From: Candidatus Hydrogenedentota bacterium | GTDB lineage: Bacteria; Hydrogenedentota; Hydrogenedentia; Hydrogenedentales; SLHB01 | Length of the DNA stretch: 64,000 bases | Direction: 5' to 3' | Assembly: GCA_963745075.1 (NCBI GenBank) | Contig: CAVUWV010000036.1 | Coordinates: 160,001-224,000, forward strand | Shown here: piece after piece, positions 21,990 to 31,752 of the stretch | How the letters are laid out: each line of letters opens with the position of its first letter | Numbering within the stretch: the first letter of the stretch is position 1 | Program-made: the position numbers and the translations under genes | The notes under the pieces: model-generated | What the model saw: the letters and a program-made list of their open reading frames with translations, nothing else | What the model was told of the DNA's origin: nothing | Database searches by the model: none

Positions 21990-23375
21990 CTATTGCGACG
22001 AGACAACTGCAGCAGCCCACGCTCCCGAATCGGGCGGGGCAACATCAACACGCTCTCCGCCGTTCAGCGTAAATGTATCCCCCCAAGCGCCATTGCGGAT
22101 ATCGATCCATTGCGACGTGAACGTTCCGGACGATTTCGTGAGATCGAGTTTCACCGAACCACCCTCCGGGAAGTACAGCGCGTAAGCCTTGCCCGGCTTC
22201 GCACGAAGGTACGCCTCGTCCGGATCGCGATCGGCGAGCAACTCATTATGGGGGTCAAGGTCCCACAACTTCATCCGGCTTTCCAGCAGGCGCGCGGCTC
22301 CGATGCAGGCCTTCGCGCTGTCATCGAGGGCCGATCCCGCGGGTGCGCGGTGGAAGCGGATTCCCGCCATGCCCGCCATGAGTCCGCGCCAGAATTTCTG
22401 ACGCGAATACGTATCGAGTTCGTCATCTTGGTTTGTAATGATCTTTACCGCGTTGATAGGTCGCGGCGTATCGCCCATGGCGGCCATCGTGTCGAGCACC
22501 GTTTGCCATTGGCCTTCTCCTTTCGGCGCCCAGGCCTGGCGGCGGGGACCGAGGATCTTCGATCCTTCCACAAAGTTGTAGAGATCCGGACGGCTTACGA
22601 CGGGTTCCAGCTTGCACTGGTCCAACATCTCCGTTACGTAGACCGGAACGCCGGCTTTCCGAGCCGTATCCTGTACCAACCGTGCCCAATGCGCGCTCCA
22701 TTCCGCCGGCGCCGAGCCCTCGTTGTTGATGCAATACAGCACGTTGTTGCGCGGGAGACTGTACGAAAGCACGTTCGCGACAAACGCGTCCTGATACTGA
22801 AAAATACGGGCGTACCGCGGATCGTACTGCGGCAGACCGGGAACCGTGAAAAAGAACGGCTGCTTATCGCGATAGGCCGGCGCCGGGTATTCATCCGCGA
22901 GTCCCGATTCGTCCCCCGTGTAGTTCACGTTGTTGACCGGCCGCCATGCGCTGGCCGCCCACTGCTCCTGCGAATAGTCGAACCGGTCCCACAACTCGAT
23001 CTGCAGGATGATGTCGCGCGCTTCGCACCAATCGAGACAGCGCTGGAAGCGTTGCCAATAGTCTTCGTTCCATTGATCGAGATCGAACTTCCCGTTCGGC
23101 AAGAGCCGATGCGGTTTCAGCGTTGCCCCTTCCCGTTGGCTCATGACACAGCGGACATAGTTGCCGCCCGCTGCGACAACCTCGTCGAGATGCGTTTCCA
23201 GATCGTCCAACAGGAAGATGTGGTCCGTCTTGCTGCCGCCCAGCAACAGCACCGGCGCACCGCGATATTGCCAGTAATGCGGATTCGCCGCGTAGGGCTG
23301 AATCCGGTCGCCCTTGTTCCTTTGGGCCGACGAAAGAACAGCAGGGAGAACAAGGACAGCAAGGACGGTAAGCAT
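21990..23375 (-). CDS. Secreted putative glycoside hydrolase (DUF4038-like) with C-terminal collagen-binding-like domain
   Basis: Signal peptide; NPHYWQYRGAPVLLLGG, GGNYVR, QIELWDRFD and NVLYCINNE; C-terminal YALYFPEGGSVKLDL...QWIDI. Confidence 0.65.
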   Translation of the reverse strand: MLTVLAVLVLPAVLSSAQRNKGDRIQPYAANPHYWQYRGAPVLLLGGSKTDHIFLLDDLETHLDEVVAAGGNYVRCVMSQREGATLKPHRLLPNGKFDLDQWNEDYWQRFQRCLDWCEARDIILQIELWDRFDYSQEQWAASAWRPVNNVNYTGDESGLADEYPAPAYRDKQPFFFTVPGLPQYDPRYARIFQYQDAFVANVLSYSLPRNNVLYCINNEGSAPAEWSAHWARLVQDTARKAGVPVYVTEMLDQCKLEPVVSRPDLYNFVEGSKILGPRRQAWAPKGEGQWQTVLDTMAAMGDTPRPINAVKIITNQDDELDTYSRQKFWRGLMAGMAGIRFHRAPAGSALDDSAKACIGAARLLESRMKLWDLDPHNELLADRDPDEAYLRAKPGKAYALYFPEGGSVKLDLTKSSGTFTSQWIDIRNGAWGDTFTLNGGERVDVAPPDSGAWAAAVVSSQ

Positions 23376-23449
23376 TCGATTACAACGACTGCCGGTGAAG
23401 TTCACGACCATCTCCTCAGGAAGTCTTGCATCACTGTTCTTCTCATCGA

Positions 23450-25801
23450 TTACGGACCCGGCCAACGAGTTCCGGCGAGTGTGATGGCTCCATCATCGAA
23501 ACGCAAGATCACCGCGCCCAATTTGTCCGTGCGATAGACGGGGATTTTTCGTTCTCGATACCATTGCAAGACCTGTTGCGACACCGCGCCCCGGCCGAAT
23601 GCACCGCCCGTGGACACCACCGCATACTGCGGCGCAACCGCGTCGATAAACCGGGGGGAACTGGACGTACGCGAGCCATGATGCGGCACTTTCAGGATAT
23701 CCGATCGACAGTCGCTTTCGGCAACCAACGCTTCCGCCTCCGATTCGATGTCACCGGTGAGCAGGACCCGTATTCCATTGCAGTCGAGGCGCAGCACGAT
23801 GCTGCAATCGTTGTCGTCGTGCGCAGCCTCCCAGTCGGCGGGAGGATGCAGCACATGCAGTTCCGCCCCGCCCAAATCGAAGATATCGCCCGCCGATATG
23901 CGCCGAATAGTGATACCGGCTTTCGCGCAACGCTCGACCAGTTCCCGCTCCGTGGTGCTGTCCCCCGCCACCGGGCCCAGCAACACCTCGCGAACCGACA
24001 TTTCGTCCACGAGGTACAATGCACCCCCCATGTGATCGCGATCCGCGTGCGTGAGAAAGAGGTAATCGATCCGGTTGATGCCGCGCCACCAAAGGTAGGG
24101 TGCGACCGCCCGTTCACCGTAATCGACGTATTCGTTCCGGTCGCCCGCGTCGACAACCGCGACTGTACCGCCGGGCGAGCGGATGACAGTTGCGTCGCCA
24201 TGCCGGACGTCGAGAAACGCAACGCCGGGGACCGGGTACCACTCCCGCCAGAAAACGACCGCGCAAATCAATAGGACCGCGATCGCGCCCAGGTGCAAGC
24301 AGCGTCCTCGCCGGGTCACCGTACGGATACCGACTACCAGCAATACCGCCATGACGTAGGCAAAAGCCGCGCCAGCCGTCGGTGACGTTATGGCCGGCAT
24401 GAAATGCTGAACGGCCGTGCCCCACCGTGCGAGGAACAGTATGACGGCCATGGCGGGCAATATCGCGTGAGCGAATACCGCGGCAATCGGAAGCGAAATG
24501 AGTGCTGCCAGCGTGGCGAGGAAACACAGCCATAATACAACGGTCAATAACGGCACCACGATAAGATTGAGCAACGGGCCGCAGATCGGGAGCACGTGGA
24601 AATAGTAGGCCGCCAGCGGTACCGGCAGAATCTGCACCGCCAACGAAACCGCGATAGACTGCCGCACCCCAAAAGGCAACGTACCGAGCAGCCCTTCGAT
24701 GGGCGGTGCGAAGATCAGGATGGAGGCCACGCTGGCATAGGAAAGCTGAAAACCGATGTGATACAGCGTATCGGGATCGTATCCGAGAAAGAGGACCGCG
24801 GAGATACTCAGCGCCGTCGGCACGTCCGGTTCGCGGTCGAACAGTTCCGCGACCAGATAGATGCAGACCATCAACGCCGCCCGCAGACTCGTCATGGACG
24901 CGCCCGCCGTGAACGCAAAGAGCACCACCGTCGCCATCGCTACCAGCGCACGGTACCGCCCGTTCCGCATGAACAGTCGCAACACGAACATGGTACTCGC
25001 GAAGATGATGCCGACGTGGACCCCCGAAACCGCAAGGATATGCGCAATGCCCGACAGCCGGAAGATAGCGTAGCTGTCCCGCGGCAGATGATTCCGGTCG
25101 CCCAACCACACCGCGTAGATGAACGGCAGTAACCGGCCCGGCGTAATTTCGTGGAACCACGCCGCTTCGGCCACCCGGAAACGCGACGCCTGGTAACGCA
25201 AGGACCACCACGGGGCGTCCGCCACCTTCGCGACGTCAGCCGCCTTCCGTACCGTTAGCTCCGCGTGGATCCCTTCCGCGTGAAGGTGGTCTTCCGCATC
25301 GTAGATCCCCGGGTTGACCGCACCCAGTTTGTTCGATGCGGCGCCTTCGGCGCGGATGCGCTGCCCCACAAAGACCGGGCGCTCCGGTTCGCGCCAACGA
25401 ACCTGTACCCGGCCGGCCGCGTCGTACCTTCGTCCATCTATGACAACATCGTCAACGTCGAGCACAAGACTCATCGACGCCTCGCCGTCGACGTACAAGT
25501 CGGTGCGCTGCACCCGGCCGGTCATGACGTACCGCGCCTCTTTGTTCAGTTCGACGAGGCGAGAGACGCCGTCGCCCGGCGGTCCGGCGTGCCGCGCGTT
25601 CCACAGGAGTGCTCCCAGCGCGAAGAAGCACAGCGCCACGGTAAGGGGCCGCAAGGCGGGTCTACGGAGTGCAAAAAAGGCGAGGATCAGGCCAGTGAAA
25701 AAACCGGCCAGTGGCAGCCCATACCCGGCGATCCACTCCTGGCCGGCCGCGAAGGTGCCGGCGGCCCAGGCGACCGCAACCCATGCGAGAGGCCTGTTCA
25801 T
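23450..25801 (-). CDS. comEC: DNA internalization competence protein ComEC/Rec2
   Basis: Competence domain SGIAHILAVSGVHVG and GFQLSYASV, plus MBL domain FLDVRHGDA, THADRDHMGG, LLTGDIE and KVPHHGS. Confidence 0.93.
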   Translation of the reverse strand: MNRPLAWVAVAWAAGTFAAGQEWIAGYGLPLAGFFTGLILAFFALRRPALRPLTVALCFFALGALLWNARHAGPPGDGVSRLVELNKEARYVMTGRVQRTDLYVDGEASMSLVLDVDDVVIDGRRYDAAGRVQVRWREPERPVFVGQRIRAEGAASNKLGAVNPGIYDAEDHLHAEGIHAELTVRKAADVAKVADAPWWSLRYQASRFRVAEAAWFHEITPGRLLPFIYAVWLGDRNHLPRDSYAIFRLSGIAHILAVSGVHVGIIFASTMFVLRLFMRNGRYRALVAMATVVLFAFTAGASMTSLRAALMVCIYLVAELFDREPDVPTALSISAVLFLGYDPDTLYHIGFQLSYASVASILIFAPPIEGLLGTLPFGVRQSIAVSLAVQILPVPLAAYYFHVLPICGPLLNLIVVPLLTVVLWLCFLATLAALISLPIAAVFAHAILPAMAVILFLARWGTAVQHFMPAITSPTAGAAFAYVMAVLLVVGIRTVTRRGRCLHLGAIAVLLICAVVFWREWYPVPGVAFLDVRHGDATVIRSPGGTVAVVDAGDRNEYVDYGERAVAPYLWWRGINRIDYLFLTHADRDHMGGALYLVDEMSVREVLLGPVAGDSTTERELVERCAKAGITIRRISAGDIFDLGGAELHVLHPPADWEAAHDDNDCSIVLRLDCNGIRVLLTGDIESEAEALVAESDCRSDILKVPHHGSRTSSSPRFIDAVAPQYAVVSTGGAFGRGAVSQQVLQWYRERKIPVYRTDKLGAVILRFDDGAITLAGTRWPGP

Positions 25802-25876
25802 AGGCCAAGTGTACCTGGTACGGCGTGCGCGTGCAAGAGGCCGTGCTAGCCCCCTCCCGCAGGATTCCCCCTCCAC

Positions 25877-25915
25877 AAAGAGAAAAGCGCCCGCCATCCT
25901 CTGACGCGCGGGCGC
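25877..25915 (-). terminator. Probable intrinsic terminator downstream of the small ORF
   Basis: Stem GCGCCCGC/GCGGGCGC (25887-25915) followed on the minus strand by TTTTCTCTTT. Confidence 0.6.
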
Positions 25916-25954
25916 CGTTCAAACTCAGAATCTCTTTTTCGTCCTTGCGACCGG

Positions 25955-26080
25955 TTACGCCGGCATCTGGAACGTCAGAAGCAGATTGATCAGCCAGAGC
26001 AACAGCGAGTAGCCGAAGTCACCGATGCTACTAAGCAAAAAATCCGAGAAATAACCAAGTGCACTGTCAAAAATCGGCAT
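25955..26080 (-). CDS. Small hydrophobic protein (41 aa)
   Basis: MPIFDSALGYFSDFLLSSIGDFGYSLLLWLINLLLTFQMPA, preceded by a strong AAGGAGGA RBS and followed by a terminator-like hairpin. Confidence 0.7.
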   Translation of the reverse strand: MPIFDSALGYFSDFLLSSIGDFGYSLLLWLINLLLTFQMPA

Positions 26081-26297
26081 GTCCGTTTCCTCCTTCTCAA
26101 AAAATGTACGATGAGCCATCCAACGTCGTGCTATGCTACCCAATCCCGATTGCGTTTGTCAAGGATTGCCCCAAAACCTCGCGTCAAATTTCGCGTTGCG
26201 ACACCCCAACCCCTATCCCTGCCACCTCTTCGGCGAGATCGGCCGACAACTCCCTGAAATTTGAATTCTATTACGATACAACCGAAGTAGCAATAGA

Positions 26298-28304
26298 TTA
26301 CATGCGATTGGGCGTCACGCTCGGCGTCTGTAGCGCCGTCAGCGTGGGGCGCGCCTTCGTCGGCTTATCCAGAAGGGCCGCCCCCGATTCATTCGCAATC
26401 AACAGGACCTGCCGGCTCCCCACCGACTCGTACCCCACCACGGGAAACCTGCCCAATTTCGGCGCAAAAGTCAGAAGCCACCGCCAATCCTGGGTTTGCA
26501 CGAACATGAACGCCGGTTCGGGACCACCAAAGTCGACCGCAAACTTCCCGATCGCTTCCGCCACCGCCGCGCGGAATGGTTTGGCAAGGTCGGATTTGCT
26601 TTCCGCAAAGGCAAACGCAGCATCTGCGGCGCCTTTCAACGCCTGCAATTCGTCATCCGTCACGGCACTGATATCCGCAATCGGCACGTCCGCCGTTGCC
26701 CGCCGCAACACGCTGCCCATCGCCCGCTGTTCCACGGCGACTTCCGTCGGATCGCGGCCTTCCGGTACGGGCAACGGCCACTCTTCCACGAGGAACGGAA
26801 TATGATGGTGTTTGGAATAGAAGATGTATGATTCCCGCGAAAATGCGACGGAATACAGCCGGAAATCGTCCCCCGCTTCCGCCAGTCGGCGGATGGGTGC
26901 GCAAAAACTTTCCGCGCCCTTGAACGTGTTGATGAACGGAAACACGATCACTGCCACCACCGTCGCCAGACCCGCAAAATGGCCCGCCACCGCATACGGA
27001 ACCATGCGCCCTTCGTTCCGACGCGCCGCGATGAAGGCGTGAATCGAGAAGATCAACGCACACACCGTCAGCGGCAGTACCGTCAGAATCAGCGTCAACC
27101 CGTTGTCGGTCACCGCCATGGGAAGGTCCCAGGTCGCAAGATAAGCGTTAAACCCTTCGAGATGCCCGCTGCACGCCAGGTACCCGAGGGGTATCGTCGG
27201 CAACCCCAGCATCAGCAGAAACGCCGCCCATACGTAACCGGTTCGGCGTCGCCAGGTTGCACGATCGCTATCCATGAGGTCGACCACCGTCGAGCCGATC
27301 AGAATCGCGAAAGCCGGGTAGAGTGGCAGGAGATAAATCGCCCGTTTGCCCGAACTGATCGAGAAAAACACGATGGCCGGCAACGTCCAACTCACCAGGA
27401 ACCGCACCGCCGGGCCTTCCCGCCGCCGCTTCCAAATCGCATAGATCGTCCAGGGCAGAAACAGGGTCCAGGGCATCAGATTGATCGGCAGGTTCTCGAT
27501 GTAATACCAAGGTGGCTGCTTCTTACTGACCCCCAGCACGAAACGGCCGATGGTCTGCCGGTACAGATTCTGAACGATCATGCCCACGGACGTGTCTTGT
27601 GCAATCTCGGGCCGGTCTTCCTGACCGCTCGCCATGGAGTAGGCGGGGACCAGCCAGAGGCCGATCAGAACGGCTACCACCAGCACACCCACCACCCAGT
27701 GAAGCGAACGGCGATCCGCGCGCTTGCCCCAATAGAAAGTAAACGTCAGCAACAGCGGGAACACCACGCCGGGCGGACCTTTCGTGAACACCGCCGCAGC
27801 CATCGCGCCATACAGCACGATGAGCCATTTTGTCTCCCGCGACTCGAAGTGACGCCAGAACGCGTAGAGACTCAGCGTGGTCCACGCCGTCAGCAGCATA
27901 TCGGTTTGGGCGGTCCGCGCCTCCCACCAGAAGAGAGCCGTTGTCATCAAGATGACAGTCGAGGCAAACGCGACCCGCTTGCCATACATCCGTTCCGCCA
28001 GCAGGAAGGTCAGCCACAATGCGGCCAAAGCGCCCAGGATCGACGGCATCCGCGCCGTGAATTCGGAAACCTCGCCGAACGGAAGCGAAATGACGGCCAT
28101 ACTCCAGAACAGAAGCGGCGGCTTCTCGTAGTAGGGCTGCCCGTTCACGTGCATGACGAGCCAGTCGCCGGTCTCGCCAATCTCGCGGGCCACCTCCCCA
28201 AACCGCGGTTCGTCCGGTGCCCAAAGGTTGTAGCCCCACACGTTGATTCCAAACAGCACGGCTCCGCAAGCCAGCACGAAAATGAGCGGCAGATGTTTGA
28301 TCAT
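26298..28304 (-). CDS. ArnT/PMT-family (GT83-like) membrane glycosyltransferase
   Basis: WAPDEPRF, YYEKPPLLFW, ARMPS, TKGPPG, PWYY and KRAIYLLPLYPA; ATGA overlap with the upstream gene. Confidence 0.88.
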   Translation of the reverse strand: MIKHLPLIFVLACGAVLFGINVWGYNLWAPDEPRFGEVAREIGETGDWLVMHVNGQPYYEKPPLLFWSMAVISLPFGEVSEFTARMPSILGALAALWLTFLLAERMYGKRVAFASTVILMTTALFWWEARTAQTDMLLTAWTTLSLYAFWRHFESRETKWLIVLYGAMAAAVFTKGPPGVVFPLLLTFTFYWGKRADRRSLHWVVGVLVVAVLIGLWLVPAYSMASGQEDRPEIAQDTSVGMIVQNLYRQTIGRFVLGVSKKQPPWYYIENLPINLMPWTLFLPWTIYAIWKRRREGPAVRFLVSWTLPAIVFFSISSGKRAIYLLPLYPAFAILIGSTVVDLMDSDRATWRRRTGYVWAAFLLMLGLPTIPLGYLACSGHLEGFNAYLATWDLPMAVTDNGLTLILTVLPLTVCALIFSIHAFIAARRNEGRMVPYAVAGHFAGLATVVAVIVFPFINTFKGAESFCAPIRRLAEAGDDFRLYSVAFSRESYIFYSKHHHIPFLVEEWPLPVPEGRDPTEVAVEQRAMGSVLRRATADVPIADISAVTDDELQALKGAADAAFAFAESKSDLAKPFRAAVAEAIGKFAVDFGGPEPAFMFVQTQDWRWLLTFAPKLGRFPVVGYESVGSRQVLLIANESGAALLDKPTKARPTLTALQTPSVTPNRM

Positions 28305-29011
28305 GACTTTTGGGGGACCCCGGCCTGGTTGTTCTGGGAGTTTTCGGGATGCATGTAGATAAACCAGAGGTTCCGGCTGTACACCAGAATGTTGGCCATC
28401 ATGCCAAGAGCAAAAATCCATTCCCCGCGCTGCCAGAAGCAGGTCAGTTGCAGCAGACTGGCGACCACGCTGATATGCCAGAATATGTGGGGGATCACGC
28501 TCTTGCGCTTCATCTCTGTCACGATCCACTGAATGATAAACCGGCATGCAAACAGGGCTTGCCCCACGACCCCGATCGCGAGCCAGAACCAGATTTGGCT
28601 GGCCTCGTCCTGGGTGATCGTCTGGGTGTGCCGGTATTCCGTGAGCCAGATGTGCGCCACCACGGCCAATGCCACCGTCGATATGAGTACGACTGCCGTG
28701 TGAATCGCCCAGTTGGCCGCTGGCGACAGCTTGCCTCTTTCGCGCCAGATATGCACGAGGTTCCGTGAATAGATGACGATGTTCAGACTCTGCCCCAAGG
28801 CGCCTACGGGGGACTGATCATGGATGGCGTAGGTCAACAGCATCAGCGAACCGGCGCTGCTCATATACCAGAACGCCACCGGCACAACGCTGCGCTTCTG
28901 GCGTTCCGAGGCCCACCATTGGACGTAGAACCGGCCGTAGAATATCACGCCACCCGTCGTGCCGAGCAGCAACCAGCACAAATTGACGGGGTCTGACAGA
29001 TACTCGCTCAC
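28301..29011 (-). CDS. Lipid A biosynthesis N-terminal (LAB_N) domain membrane protein, two repeats
   Basis: Repeated F.GRFYVQW..SE...SVVP..FW and F.CRFIIQW..TE...SVIP..FW, each followed by YSRNL. Confidence 0.88.
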   Translation of the reverse strand: MSEYLSDPVNLCWLLLGTTGGVIFYGRFYVQWWASERQKRSVVPVAFWYMSSAGSLMLLTYAIHDQSPVGALGQSLNIVIYSRNLVHIWRERGKLSPAANWAIHTAVVLISTVALAVVAHIWLTEYRHTQTITQDEASQIWFWLAIGVVGQALFACRFIIQWIVTEMKRKSVIPHIFWHISVVASLLQLTCFWQRGEWIFALGMMANILVYSRNLWFIYMHPENSQNNQAGVPQKS

Positions 29012-29012
29012 G

Positions 29013-29729
29013 TCACTCCTCTCCTTCCACGCGGAAGGTTACATAGCGCCGCCGCAGCCAGCCCACGCCGATGAGATCGTAGATGCCCCGCCACAGCCGG
29101 TTATGAATGCCATATTTCGACACCCCGTGAATCCGCGGGTGGTGTGTAACCGGACATTCGGTCAACGAGAACCCACCGTTGCGCACCATAACCGCGAAGT
29201 AGCGGTGCACCCCATTGAACGGCACGATGTGGTCCACACAGCACCGGCGGAACCCCTTGCTGCCACACCCCGCGTCGCGGATACCGTCGTCGAGAATCAT
29301 GCGGCGCACCCCGTTCCCAATCTTGCTCGATATCTTGCGAATCCAGGTGTCTTGCCGGTTGGCCCGGTAACCGCACACACAATCGTAGTCCTTCAACAAT
29401 TCCAACATCTTCGGAAAATCACTGGGATCGTTCTGTAAGTCCCCGTCCAGCGTCAGGATATAGTCGCCCCGGGCCCGCCGCATGCCCGCCACCAGCGCGG
29501 CCGACTGCCCCCGATTCTCAGCGAGATGCAGCGGTATCACGTGCGGATCTTCCGCCTGAAGCGTCTCCAGCCGTTCCCGCGTCGCGTCGGTGCTGCAATC
29601 GTTGACGAACAGACACTCGTAGTCATACTCCCGCAACTCGCCGAACACCGCCGCGATCCTCTTCGCCAACGGCCGCACGTTGTCCTCCTCGTTGTAAAAC
29701 GGGACGACTACCGACACCAATGTCTTCAT
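29013..29729 (-). CDS. GT2 polyprenol-phosphate glycosyltransferase (ArnC/DPM1-like)
   Basis: VVVPFYNEEDN, VNDCSTD, NRGQSAA, TLDGDLQNDP and HHPRIHGVSKYG. Confidence 0.92.
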   Translation of the reverse strand: MKTLVSVVVPFYNEEDNVRPLAKRIAAVFGELREYDYECLFVNDCSTDATRERLETLQAEDPHVIPLHLAENRGQSAALVAGMRRARGDYILTLDGDLQNDPSDFPKMLELLKDYDCVCGYRANRQDTWIRKISSKIGNGVRRMILDDGIRDAGCGSKGFRRCCVDHIVPFNGVHRYFAVMVRNGGFSLTECPVTHHPRIHGVSKYGIHNRLWRGIYDLIGVGWLRRRYVTFRVEGEE

Positions 29730-29975
29730 TTCGAGGCCTTCCTTCTCCGCCTGAAAACGCGAAGTATACTACAGCGATGACGCCCGAATCAGCCGCAGCG
29801 GAGTCTCGAGGCTGGAGGAATTCGCCACGAACCAAATCTGCGTCAGTCCGTCCGTGCAGGTCCGTGTCCGTCCGTGTGGGTCCACGCAGAATCTCCCCCC
29901 GCCTCTTGGATTGCGCCATCCAATCCCGCATAATCGGTCCCTGCTGCAAGTTGCACCCGTATCACGGAGATCGCT

Positions 29976-30413
29976 ATGGCCCGCCTTTCCGAATCGACGC
30001 TCGGTGATTTTCTGGAACGTTTTCGACAGATCGCACCGGACGCGAAACCGCTCTGGGGTGAAATGACCGCACCTCAGATGATCGGCCACCTGAACGGCGC
30101 GGCACGCTACTCCATGGGATACGGCCCCGATATTCCGTTCAAAGGCAATTGGAAAACCAGGCACATCTTCGCCCCCTTAATCCTCAACGGGTTCAAACAA
30201 ATTCCCCATAACGTCAAAGGCGCACGGTCCTCGGATCCCCCGGTTGCCGACCTCCCCACCCTTGAAACCTCACTACAAGAAATGCTCGAGAAATACCGCG
30301 CCGGCGCCTTCAATCCGCCACACCATCCCTTCTTCGGAACGATCGGGCCCAACGGCTGGATGAAGTTCCACGGTCTCCACCTCGACCATCACCTGCGGCA
30401 ATTCGGCGTATGA
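29976..30413 (+). CDS. DUF1569 / DinB-like protein
   Basis: LWGEMTAPQMIGHL, HPFFG and W..FHGLHLDHHLRQFGV signature. Confidence 0.85.
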   Translation: MARLSESTLGDFLERFRQIAPDAKPLWGEMTAPQMIGHLNGAARYSMGYGPDIPFKGNWKTRHIFAPLILNGFKQIPHNVKGARSSDPPVADLPTLETSLQEMLEKYRAGAFNPPHHPFFGTIGPNGWMKFHGLHLDHHLRQFGV

Positions 30414-30429
30414 TCGGCATCGGAGCCTC

Positions 30430-31503
30430 ATGAAACAACTCTTCCTCACACTCTTCGTCCTTATGCTGCTGCCGGCCATGTACCTCCTTTTCTGGCCCGT
30501 GGAGATCCAGCCCGTTGCGTGGAATCCTCCCAAGGCGCCGCCGCTTGAAGGGATCTATGCGGTTAACTATCGCCTCGACAGCGCCGAACGCCTGCTCGCC
30601 GGACAGTTGACCGGTCCTGAAGACGTGACCCGGGACGCCACCGGCCACTTGTATACCGGCGTCGACGACGGCCAAATCCTTCGCTTCAACTCGGAAGGGA
30701 CGGACGTAGCGGTCTTCGCCGACACCCACGGCCGGCCGCTCGGCATGGCCTGGGACGCGAATGGAAACCTGATCGTCGCCGACGCGCTTCAAGGCCTGCT
30801 CTCCGTCGATCCCGAAGGGAAGGTAACCACGCTGGTGACCGAAGCGGACGGAATCCCCCTCGGCTTCACCGACGACGTGGACGTGGCGAATGACGGCACC
30901 ATCTATTTCACCGACGCGAGTTGGCGGTTTCACGTGCCCAACTACATGGCCGATCTCATGGACGGCCGCGGCAACGGCCGTTTCCTGGCCTACGACCCGA
31001 CGACGAAACGAACGCGCGAACTCATCGGCGACCTCGCCTTCGCCAACGGCGTGACGCTGAGTCCCGACCAGACGTTCGTTCTCGTGAACGAAACGTGGCG
31101 CTACCGCGTGTTGCGTTATTGGCTCGAAGGCGACAAGAAAGGCACGTGGGACGTCTTTATCGACAACCTGCCCGGCTTCCCCGACAACATCTCGTCAAAC
31201 GGCAAAGACACCTTCTGGCTCGCCCTGTTCACCACGCGCAATCCCATGGGCGACATGCTCGCGCCGTACCCATTCCTGCGAAAAGTGGTCTGGCGCTTGC
31301 CAAAATCCCTCATCCCCCAGGCCAAACCCTACAGCTTCGCCCTCGGCCTCGACCTCGAAGGCAACGTCATCCACAACCTACAAGGCCCCCGCGCCGTCGT
31401 CGCGCCCGTCACCAGCGTCAACCAGTTCGACGACACCCTCTACCTCGGCAGCGTTGAAGACGACGCCATCGGCCGCATAACCGTTCCGCAACAGCAACCG
31501 TGA
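30430..31503 (+). CDS. Strictosidine synthase / SMP-30 family beta-propeller protein
   Basis: N-terminal TM; GPEDV, GRPLG, IYFTDAS, FANGV and NLPGFPDNI. Confidence 0.9.
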   Translation: MKQLFLTLFVLMLLPAMYLLFWPVEIQPVAWNPPKAPPLEGIYAVNYRLDSAERLLAGQLTGPEDVTRDATGHLYTGVDDGQILRFNSEGTDVAVFADTHGRPLGMAWDANGNLIVADALQGLLSVDPEGKVTTLVTEADGIPLGFTDDVDVANDGTIYFTDASWRFHVPNYMADLMDGRGNGRFLAYDPTTKRTRELIGDLAFANGVTLSPDQTFVLVNETWRYRVLRYWLEGDKKGTWDVFIDNLPGFPDNISSNGKDTFWLALFTTRNPMGDMLAPYPFLRKVVWRLPKSLIPQAKPYSFALGLDLEGNVIHNLQGPRAVVAPVTSVNQFDDTLYLGSVEDDAIGRITVPQQQP

Positions 31504-31752
31504 CGGACTCGCCACCCGGACGGGACCAGCGAAAAAGTGCAGACCGGAAGCAAAACGCGGCACTGTGGGACTGGCGCCCCTTGTGCATTTGCCCAACGGA
31601 GCGTATCATCGAAGAGGGACAGCGGCACCCCACTCAACGTTCGAGCTACGTTTCTGCGGCATCCAAAGTAGACGCAGCTTCCAGCCGCGTTGGATCTTCG
31701 AACGCACTGCCGCTACCGAGAAACAGGACCTCCCGAGGCCGGAGGATGCAAT

